A stretch of DNA of 63,225 nt, the filler included, from Reticulomyxa filosa (taxonomy: Eukaryota > Protista > Foraminifera): NCBI GenBank assembly GCA_000512085.1. It is 24 parts of 24 records of this genome, joined end to end, with 100 filler letters (N's around TTAATTAATTAA, not from the genome) between each part and the next. Parts side by side here need not be neighbours in the genome. Positions count along the whole stretch, not along the records: positions 52,783 to 54,838 come from ASPP01021187.1; positions 54,939 to 56,010 come from ASPP01009968.1; positions 56,111 to 59,219 come from ASPP01036987.1; positions 59,320 to 60,387 come from ASPP01050603.1; positions 60,488 to 61,632 come from ASPP01014496.1; positions 61,733 to 63,225 come from ASPP01003765.1; 18 more parts are not named here. The stretch is one strand, 5' to 3'. The translations under genes and the position numbers were made by a program. This document shows positions 53,287 to 63,225 of this stretch, one piece after another (position 1 is the stretch's first letter; every line of letters begins with the position of its first letter). The notes below the pieces were generated by a model. That model saw only the letters and a list, made by a program, of their open reading frames with translations. It did no database searches and had not been told where the DNA came from.

Positions 53287-54972
53287 TTTATTTTTTTGCG
53301 AATAAGAGATAAAAGTGTTTTTTGTTTAAAAAGTTTGATTAAAAGAATGCAAGCATTGAAAGATTTGTTTTATCTTACTTTGTTGTTTAAAAAATTGAAA
53401 AAGCTTTGTTCAATGTTTTTTGAATCGTAATAAATTAAAATTGTATCCGAATATCAAATAAATTGCAAAAGATTTTAAGTATTGATATCATTGAAAATTT
53501 TTAAAAACAAAGACAGCATTGTTCTCAAAAGAAACAAAGCAGCTATCTTTGCAATTGATCTTGCTTACGTCCAATACTGACACAATCAATGAGTATTACA
53601 GACTGAACACAAAGAGTACCAGCATGAACAAAAGCAAGGCCACTCCAACACAACATCAAATGCTGAAACAAATGGTAGCACTTGCAATAGCAAATTAAAT
53701 TTTTTTTTACACCATTTATTGAATTCGGATTATATCGTCAATTACACGCTTTGCTGAATTTGAGCTATATCAACTATTTTTTTCTTTTGATGAGATAACA
53801 AAGCCCATTTTAGAAATATTTCACCATCTTTGCATTTATGTTTTCCTATACATGTCCAAAAACTTGATGCTATTTGCAAAGGTAGATTAAATTTGAATTT
53901 TGAAAAAAACGCTGTTGTTTTGCATGAGTGACATACCAACGACATGTATCATTTTCATCCAAAGAAAGGCAAAGTGTAAATGTTGTAATGATGGTTAAAA
54001 ATAGAATTCGCAACATTGATAAACAAGTCAGCAAATTGCTTTTTTTGAAAATTAAAAATTTGTTGATTTTTCCGTTGGAAACTAGATATTGGATTGTTTG
54101 AAAGATATTATTTTTGTTTTTATTCTATCTCGCATTTTTTACTTGTTTTCAAAAGTTTCTTATATTTTGTTTACGTATATTTTGGTATGAATTAATCAAG
54201 AGAACGTGTTGATTCAGCAACTTTTTATGAGTTTTGCTCATGTGTATTAGTTTGATTAAACTTTTATTAAAAAAGCAAAACAAAATAATATCAATATTTG
54301 ATAAAAGTATCAAAAATTTGAAAAAACAATTTCTCTCCTGCATAAATCAAAGAGAAAAATTCTCAATTAATTATGATTTCAGTTTTGTCACTCTTTAACC
54401 GCTTTGCAACTCTAAAAAAACCATCTTTTTTTTTAATAACAAGAAAATACAATCACCATTTTAAAATATCTTGATGTAGGTCATTTAACCGTCTTATGAT
54501 AGAAAAAAATATACCTTTATTTTCGGAACGTCTTCTTACTGAGTGTTAGTCAAGTTGTTAACACCCAGCTTTAAACCGTTCCAAACATGTTTGCTTCTAC
54601 TGTAGAGAACCTGGAGCGGAAAAGCACGTTTTAAGAAAGTAAGAATGCATTTTTGAAACTTTAAATTAAAAAGAAACAATTTGTATATTTGGAGTCATAC
54701 TGACTCCATTGTGACGTAAGTAGTCTCACTACACTACACAAAAAAGAAATATACTAACTTTGTATTATTCGTAAAAATGAACAAATTTCTGTTTATGAAA
54801 CGAAAATAAAAATTTTTTTTTACTGTTTTATTGTTGAANNNNNNNNNNNNNNNNNNNNNNNNNNNNNNNNNNNNNNNNNNNNTTAATTAATTAANNNNNN
54901 NNNNNNNNNNNNNNNNNNNNNNNNNNNNNNNNNNNNNNTGTATACATAATCTTTTTTTTTTTTTTTTTTTGT

Positions 54973-55316
54973 AGCTGTTCAAACTTTTTTGAAATTATGA
55001 TTGCCTCCTTTTGATGCTTGGTCTTTTCTTTAGAATCCCAGGATGCAAAAATGCCCCTCCGCTGTTCAACTTCACGGAAGACGAAATCGATTTGGCAAAC
55101 AAACGTAAAATCGCTCATCAAATTGTCCCAAAGAGGTATTGGGAACAGTACAACCTCAATGGAAAAACATCTGTAGCAAAGCTGAACGAGGACAAAGCCA
55201 AACTCACTCCCATTGTAAATGATGACTCAGTCCAACATGTTTCCTCTGAAACTGACTATGTGCTATTGCACGTTCAAGACGGTCATGACCAACCGCAATT
55301 AGAAAAAAAAAAATAG
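54973..55316 (+). CDS. Last exon(s) of an unidentified protein
   Basis: Coding-like ORF after an acceptor, followed by a T-rich 3' UTR; no motif recognised. Confidence 0.45.
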
Positions 55317-58300
55317 CTCGGAATTGTTTTGTCAATTTATAAACTCATTCTTTCTTTTTCTTTTTTTTTTCTCCATTTATCCCGGTTTTTCCTCTCTTCT
55401 CCTTTCAACAGATCTTGTCGAAAGGAGTGAGATCAAACCCAATTGTGATTAACTAACAAAAGTGCTGGTTTGTTGTTTTGTCGTTGTGTTGTATGTTGGA
55501 TTTTGCTGTTTTACTACTTTCGTTCTTTGGCTTTTTAATTTGGTTTTCTTTTGCTTTGTTTTCTAAAACAAAAAAAAAAAAAAAAACATAAAAAAATAAT
55601 TACAAATTGGAGGGAATTTGATGTTTAGATGCGTTGCTGTGGAATTTGTTGTTTTTTTTTTTTTTTTATTCGCTTGTTTGTTGTTTATCTGTGTTGGCCA
55701 ATGTTTGTGCTTTCAAAAATTGGTAGAAGGGTTTGGCTTGTTATCGGTTGGAAAAGTTGTTTGATTTGGCATTTGCATTTGCTTGTGGTGTATTAGAAAA
55801 ACAAAAAAAAAGAATAATTTTTTTTTTTTCATGTTGTCATTATCTTGTTTATGTTTGATGCGTCGCCACAAACACTAGAACTCAAAAACATGCAAAATAA
55901 ATACTTTGTGATGTAATATGATCGGCACTTTTTTAAAACCGTTTTTTTCCTTTGTTAATTTGAGATCTTTTTTTTTGCTGTCTTTTGTTTCTAAACGAAA
56001 AAAAAAAAAANNNNNNNNNNNNNNNNNNNNNNNNNNNNNNNNNNNNNNNNNNNNTTAATTAATTAANNNNNNNNNNNNNNNNNNNNNNNNNNNNNNNNNN
56101 NNNNNNNNNNACCCACGAATAGCGGCTTTGCGCACTATTATTCATGGACTAATTTCATATAATGCGCTCACAATGGAAGCTTCTTGACATTGTGACAATG
56201 TCAAGTACATCGCTGGTGATGCTTGTAATGACGACGAAACGCAAGTCCATGTCATCGTTTACTTATTTGTCAATTGTTTCAATACATTGGACTGGTGTTT
56301 TGCGCGACAATATTTGGGTGCCATTGCTATATTCCACAATTTGATTTTATTTGATTTGGTGTGCATGGAAGAGCTAATGTTGTTGCACATTTGTCGCAAA
56401 AAGCAACAACATGCCAGTCGATAATTGGATCGACGATTCAAATGTCGTTCCATTATTTATCAAATCAAGAAAAAAAATTTGGATATCGGTAATGTGCTGA
56501 TGGTGCTAGGGACAGCATTTTATGTCAACAGTCTAATCCCTCTCTTTCTCTATCTCCCTCTATCTCATCTCATAAACGTAGTTGCTGTGGATACAAATTG
56601 CTCGGTTACCAAAAAAACCGAATCACTCGGATTCGAAATGTGGAAGGGTCTACCATTGACAAGATCACCGCTAAAAAAAAAAATGGTAACTCTAGGGGAC
56701 AATGATATCAATTTCCCCCCAAGTCAGTCAATCGTCATAAAATAGCGGAATACTTGATGGGAACAGTGATCATTGGAATTGAAGAAGGTACTCACAAGAC
56801 CTCCAAAAGAGTTGCTGTTATTTTGGTTGATCGTTTGTGAGTCTGTCCTCTTTTCAGTTACCTGTCGTTATAATTCGTATTTGGGTCCATTGCTTGAAAA
56901 AGTTTTTTATATGTACATATTCAATAACTAATAGAAACACAACATCTTTATACGTATATTGATTATTTATTTTATATGTATGTGATATATGTTACTTGAA
57001 ATTTTTTAATAGATATTTCAAGGTATATCAATGAAATATTGGAATGTGGATGGACACTTTTTGCTGTTTATATTGTCATTGGTGCTGCAGCGGGTCCCCA
57101 GCGATAATGACAATTGTGACAGCAACATCGGCAGTATCAACATCGATGATTGCAGTAGATGAAAGTAAACACTGATCGAATTGTTGCTGATATGTTGCTG
57201 AATCATGAAAGCCGCACTACAACACACGCACCTTTCATTTCTCCAATAAAATTTATTTGTTCATCACTAAACAAATATCTATTGATGGTGGTGTGTATCA
57301 AATTGGATTATATTATTAACGTATAATTTGGGAAAAAAATTGGATGTCCATATCGTGTAATGTGGACCATGATGGATCGAAAGTAAATCAAATAATTGAA
57401 AGCGATTATGTGCGCAACCAATATTCCAAGTTATAATATTTTTTCTTTTTTAATGATATGATTGAAATATATGATCAATACACACGATATAATACAGGTC
57501 TCCAAAGAATGCAATACATGTCTTATTGAGAAATTGAAAAATCATGTGGTGGTTGCGGTACCAAGTAAGAAAAGATAAGGTGATGTTGGCGCATATTCGA
57601 TTGCACTTGCCTCAAATATTTGGATTGAAAAATTTTGTTTTTTGTGTGAATTGAATTTTTTTTAATAATAATTTCAATACCTTCCTCTAGTTCACATGAC
57701 ATCTTTCTGTCAAATTATATTCATCGTAAAAAATTTTTGATTTGCATATTTTCTACTTTCTTTTGATTTTTACTTTTGTTTTTGAAAAAACTGATAACTA
57801 GAATTAATTGCAAGTGATAATATGCAATAGACTGATTTTACTCTTTTTTGTTGTCTAAACTTTGTATGAAGAAAAAAAAATAAGGGCTCAAAAGAGCACG
57901 CTTAAGCGTCGACTGTGCGAAATAGGAATTGATTCTTGCCATCATGTAGTAGTAGATGACAAGAATACATAAAACAGAAAGGAACAAGAAGACGGTAAAG
58001 AAAAAGTAGAGTCTGAATCCAATTAGCAAATAAGAACAAAAATGGCAGAAATATTAGTGATTGGAAGTGCAAGTTCTTTGGCTACAAAATTAACAAGGAC
58101 TTCAAAAAAGAAGATTGTGAAAATATCAATAGTAAAACGAGAGATACCAATAACGATGACAATAATAGTTGTAATGTCATTTGTTGTTCATTCATTAATT
58201 TTTGGATATCGAAAGTAACTACAAATTTCATCAATTTAATTGACACTGGTAACGTGATATCTCCATGTCACAATTAATCATGTGTGTTTCCTCCATGTTG

Positions 58301-59319
58301 TGACAATTAACTTTTTTTTTCATTTTCTTCAAAGGCTTTGTTGCAATGATAATTGACATATTTCAAAATTTTTCAGCCTTAAAAAAACTTGAAACATATT
58401 GTCAATAATAATAATCATTATCTTCTTCCTTGCTCAGTTTTTATTGCGTTTTTGTTTTTCTATCTTTCACGCCAATAGTTTTTGTTGATTTGTCTTTGTC
58501 AAGTGTATCACACCATGCAAAGAACGGATTCCAGTTGCCAACAACTCAATCAATATTTTTCTCTTGATTTTGCATTGCCGTCCATCTGGATCATTCGTTT
58601 GTTATATGTTTGCCTCTTGTTTTAGTTTCCCTCCACAGTGGCCATTGATCACGCCAAATGCGTTCGACGACATGGTAGTGTACCACATGGGTCGGCATAC
58701 GTGACTTAATATGGTCTGACACTCGAATTGTGAAATGCAATTCAAAAAATGAGATGTATGTTGAGATAAATTATATTTACTCATCCAACACAAATAATAC
58801 TGAAAGTTTTTTGTATTTATACGTTATGCTGGTCTCTTTCACATCTTTAATCATTCCCAAGCAAAAAAAAAAAAAAAAAAAAAGATGTATACGTTGTGAT
58901 GACAAAAAAAAAAAAAAAATGGGATGAAAATAAAACAATGCTATAATTTTGAGAAAGTATTTAACTCGTTGCTGTAAATCTCTTCATAGACACGTTGCAA
59001 ATAATTTGTAATGCCAGTTATAACTGACCGGTCATCATGAAATGGGTATTTCTTATGTGACGGTGTTTGGATGGCAAATCAGGATACATTCCATTATCGC
59101 CTTAATATATTTGGACGGATTTTGGTTCGTCTTCATTGACAGGTTTCAATTCCATCGACTTCCGTCGCTTGTCGTCCCCAAGAAAATGCAAAACATTTCT
59201 CGGTCGTCAAAGCTGACCGNNNNNNNNNNNNNNNNNNNNNNNNNNNNNNNNNNNNNNNNNNNNTTAATTAATTAANNNNNNNNNNNNNNNNNNNNNNNNN
59301 NNNNNNNNNNNNNNNNNNN

Positions 59320-59356
<37 letters not shown>

Positions 59357-59586
59357 AGAGCCAGCAAAAAGAAAAAGTGCCTAATACACAAAACGGCAAT
59401 AATAATAATGACAATTATCTATGAATGGATATCACAAGATGGATACTCAAACATATAAAAATCTTGTTATATTGGAGGAAGTGAAATGAATAGATATTGC
59501 AATGGCAAATGCAAGATACAAAAGAACTCCAACCACAATTGACATTCATGAATCGTCATCAGTTAAAAAAAATACATTTATTCATT

Positions 59587-59621
<35 letters not shown>

Positions 59622-59629
59622 TTAATCTA

Positions 59630-59900
59630 GCATATGTCTACTCAAGACTTTATCTGAATTACCCAAACCATTCACAACAGCACAATGTAAGGAAGAACTT
59701 CTTATTTGTGGTGGCTATGAAATTAACCGACTGTTACTCGTATCATACTCTGAAAAAACAATACAAATGCATCTGCTCTTATCCCAGTGATGTCAAATTC
59801 AATGGACATTGAATCATTCACAAACCAATCCCAATGAAATTCATTTGTTGTCTTTTGGAGGACGCGTGGATTGATTGGTGGAATAAATAATTTTTTTTTT
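59630..59900 (+). pseudogene. Degenerate Kelch-like family fragment
   Basis: LSELPKPF..ELLICGG, then shifted CYSYHTLK..YKCICSYPSDVKFNGH; stops and frameshifts. Confidence 0.5.
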
Positions 59901-60487
59901 TTTGTTTATCACATGTCTTCCACAAAATATTGAATGAAATCATAGACGAAAATTAAAAATTACAAAATGATTTTTTTTCGAGAAAGCAAAAACAAAAATG
60001 GGCTTTCGGTTAGGAGTAATTTATTCTATGTTTATTATTTTTGTGTAAACAAAATAGTTTCAAATACTGGAAAATATTCTCTGCGCATGCGTGTAAAAAA
60101 TAACTGCTTTGTTTTTTGTTCGACCGATATGTCAAAAAAAAAGTTTAAATTGATTTGATTTGCTATCTTTACATTTGTTGTCCATGAATTAACACATTTT
60201 AAAAAAAAAAAAATCGGCTAGTTTCAAGCGATGGTGGTTGTCTTTAGAGTTTGTTGCTTTAAGATGACCAAAAAAAAATAAGCAATGCTAGCAATTCTCT
60301 CCGATATAACATTAGCTCGGAGACAAGACAAAAGAAGCAAATTTTATACTTTTTTTTACTGAAGGATCAAGAAGAAGAAGAAGAAGANNNNNNNNNNNNN
60401 NNNNNNNNNNNNNNNNNNNNNNNNNNNNNNNTTAATTAATTAANNNNNNNNNNNNNNNNNNNNNNNNNNNNNNNNNNNNNNNNNNNN

Positions 60488-60788
60488 GCAACGGCCGGGG
60501 TGGCGGTCAGGTCAAGTTCTTGACCCGGAACCAGGCTTACATAAGCCTTTTCCAGTCCTTGCGGCGGCCAACGAAACGGCCAAAACGCTTGGTCTTGCCT
60601 TTAACGTTGACAGTGGAAACACCTTCAACCTTGACATTGAACAGCAGTTCAACGGCAGCCTTGATTTCCGGCTTAGTTGCATCGGTAGCAACGCGGAAAG
60701 CAACCTGCTGGTTTTCTCGGCAACCAGAGTGCTCTTTTCTAGACACGATCGGCGCCAGGATTACTTGCAGCAAACGTTCCTGGTTCAT
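60488..60788 (-). CDS. rplW: 50S ribosomal protein L23 (bacterial; apparent sequencing frameshifts; runs off the contig)
   Basis: [60 protein letters not shown]; overlaps the rplD stop. Confidence 0.93.
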
Positions 60789-61405
60789 ACCCACTGCTCC
60801 TCGAGTTGCTTCACGGCATCACGGGTGATTACCACTTTCTTGAAGCGGACCAGGCTGAACGGGTCAGCTTGCTGAGCTTCAATTACCAGCACGTTAGGCA
60901 GGTTACGGGAAGATAGATACAGATTCTCATCCAGCTCTTTGGTGATGATCAGCGCGCGATCCAGACCCAGGGATTTCACTTTGGCAGCGAATTCCTTGGT
61001 TTTCGGGGAAGCAACGGTCAGTTCATCAACAATGATCAGACGCTCGTCGCGAACCAGCTGGGACAGAATGGTAGCCATACCAGCGCGGTATTGCTTACGG
61101 TTCACCTTCTGGGTGAAGTTCTCGTCCGGCTTGTTCGGAAAGGTGCGACCACCACCACGCCACAGCGGGGAGGAAGTCATACCAGCACGGGCGCGGCCAG
61201 TACCTTTCTGACGGAAAGGTTTCTTGGTCGAGTGTTTAACCTCGGCACGGGTCAACTGGGCACGGTTGGCGCTACGAGCGTTTGCCAGGAAGGCGGTAAC
61301 CACCTGGTGTACCAGTGCTTCGTTGTAGTCACGTGCAAACAGTGCTTCAGAGGCTTGCAGGGCTTCTACTTGCTGGCCCTGAGCATTGATCACTTTCAAT
61401 TCCAT
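60785..61405 (-). CDS. rplD: 50S ribosomal protein L4 (bacterial)
   Basis: Intact 206-aa ORF with [22 protein letters not shown]. Confidence 0.98.
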   Translation of the reverse strand: MELKVINAQGQQVEALQASEALFARDYNEALVHQVVTAFLANARSANRAQLTRAEVKHSTKKPFRQKGTGRARAGMTSSPLWRGGGRTFPNKPDENFTQKVNRKQYRAGMATILSQLVRDERLIIVDELTVASPKTKEFAAKVKSLGLDRALIITKELDENLYLSSRNLPNVLVIEAQQADPFSLVRFKKVVITRDAVKQLEEQWV

Positions 61406-61632
61406 TATGCACCTGCCTTCACGCTAGGACGCACTACCACGTCACCGTTCTTGGCACCCGGCACTGCGCCTTTGACCAGAATCAGTTGACGCTCCACGTC
61501 GATACGAACGATTTCGAGGCACTGAACAGTGCTCTTCACATTACCGTACTGACCTGCCATGCGCTTACCCGGGAAAACACGGCCCGGATCTTGCGCCTGA
61601 CCGATAGAGCCAGGGGAGTTGTGGGAAACCGA
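61405..61632 (-). CDS. rplC: 50S ribosomal protein L3, C-terminal part (bacterial)
   Basis: [42 protein letters not shown]; TAATG stop/start overlap with rplD. Confidence 0.96.
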   Translation of the reverse strand, partial: SVSHNSPGSIGQAQDPGRVFPGKRMAGQYGNVKSTVQCLEIVRIDVERQLILVKGAVPGAKNGDVVVRPSVKAGA

Positions 61633-63225
61633 NNNNNNNNNNNNNNNNNNNNNNNNNNNNNNNNNNNNNNNNNNNNTTAATTAATTAANNNNNNNNNNNN
61701 NNNNNNNNNNNNNNNNNNNNNNNNNNNNNNNNTTTTTTAAATGTGTTTTAGATGTAGCGGATTAATTTGACTTTTTTTTAGCTTGAAAAATTATTAATTT
61801 AATTTTTGTGAAATATGGATTATGTCGTTATTAATTGCATAAGTAAATGGAAATTATGCGTGCTGACTTTACTTTTTATTGATTACTTTATATTATTTTT
61901 TTCTTGGAAATAGTTTTAAACATTTAATTTTTCAAAAATTAGTTTGGTTTAAAAGAGGGAAAAGCCAATAAATATGTAAATTTAATTGTTTTTTTATATT
62001 TTTTTATGTGTTTCCTAAATAATTTGATGAATCAGCAACAAAAAGATTAGTTGATCCGAAAGTATTGTTGTGAGTGAGTTATTGCATTTTTTAAAGATTT
62101 TGATTTACTTTAAATGTATTTTGTTTTCTTATGCAAATAATTTTTATGATGTTAATTTCTTTGACGTTTTTTAGTTTATTTCCTTATTGTGCCTATTTCA
62201 GCAAAAAAATTCCAGGAATGGAATCCCTTTAACATAGGCAATGATTTTTTCTACATCGGAATGAGAACAACAATGATTTATCAACACACATGAACACAAA
62301 GTGTACCTATGTGCTATTCTACATTTGGTAATTTTTGTTTGAACTATTCTTTTTTTGTGATGAAACAAAAATAATTTGATTATGACACGATTACAAATAA
62401 TAAACAATTAAAAATTAAATAAAATTAGTTATTCATCATTGGATTTGAATTTCAAAATAAAACTATGTTGTATCAATGATTTTGATCAACTTAAAAAATC
62501 ACAATTTAAATATATTTGATAATAAAGTACTTTCTTAAAAAGAAATCATTATACAGTAGTTGCAAAAAAAACCACCATACCTAAATGGCATTACATGAAT
62601 AGAATCGATTTTTTCCATGAAAAATAAAAATTTACCAATTTTTAAAAAATATCTACTAATCTTGTAGTTTTTAAATATTAATTTTTTTTTTGCTAATTTT
62701 CTTTATTGTTGATATTTTAATTGACATTTCAAATTTTGATATTTAAAATATTGAAACATTTGATTTCTTTTAAGAAAAGAGTTGCTGTTGGTGAAGCTAG
62801 CATTCGATATATCGCAAAGAAATTTAATGTACGTAGATCTTCGCTTCGATTTTGGCTGTCGTCATAAAAGTGTAATGAGTCATTTGGCATTGCATTCACC
62901 AACTAATGACTTTAAGCGAAAAAAAATTAGTTCGAATAGTCTGATTTACAACCTCATTCACCAGTTAGCAATAACAGTAACTTCTGGCAAGAAGAAAACG
63001 CTTCGGTCATAACTGATTTGCAATCAGTTAACAGTAACAATAGCTGCGGCCAAGCGGAAAGCATTTAAACTGAGAATGCACAGTTATTAATTAGTATTAA
63101 GTGCAGTCACATATCGGAGTATTTTTACAATGCAACTGTACAGAAGATGATATAAATTTCACTGCTGCAGATGTCATAATGACAAAATGCATGCTGCAAT
63201 GAATAATGCAAACGAACTACAAAAA

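Noticed and set aside
56111-59219. Possible degenerate membrane-protein gene
   Set aside because: Only short hydrophobic ORFs with no consistent frame or motif; cannot be supported.
61733-63225. AT-rich terminal contig
   Set aside because: No credible ORF, RNA gene or repeat structure seen.

Overview
This is not one locus. It is about 24 unrelated short contigs joined by an artificial spacer (N44-TTAATTAATTAA-N44), so adjacency across spacers has no biological meaning. Most contigs come from an AT-rich, intron-rich protist. The expanded WD40, 42-aa TPR and Kelch-like families and the poly-A/poly-T introns resemble the foraminiferan Reticulomyxa filosa (inference). Recognisable eukaryotic genes: a PTB/hnRNP L-like RRM protein, RNR large subunit, SERCA-type Ca2+ ATPase, STE24/ZMPSTE24, a lamin-like protein, a sestrin, a DHHC palmitoyltransferase, a SIRT6/7-like sirtuin, 2-oxoglutarate dehydrogenase E1, a CRAL-TRIO protein and ubiquilin, plus LINE relics. 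Two GC-rich contigs are bacterial: a CueR-controlled copZ/copA region with a PAP2 phosphatase and an IS4 element, and rplC-rplD-rplW. The standout is a spliced minus-strand gene at 33583-35918. In it, a complete 76-aa ubiquitin-like domain ending LRLRGG is fused directly to the Cys1 of an intein-like Hint domain ending VHN. This cassette, plus a zinc finger, sits inside an uncharacterised conserved host domain and is a candidate self-activating, E1-independent ubiquitin-like ligation or processing system. Also notable are a ~120-bp-period hairpin/micro-exon array (24545-25760) and a lamin-like gene directly beside STE24.
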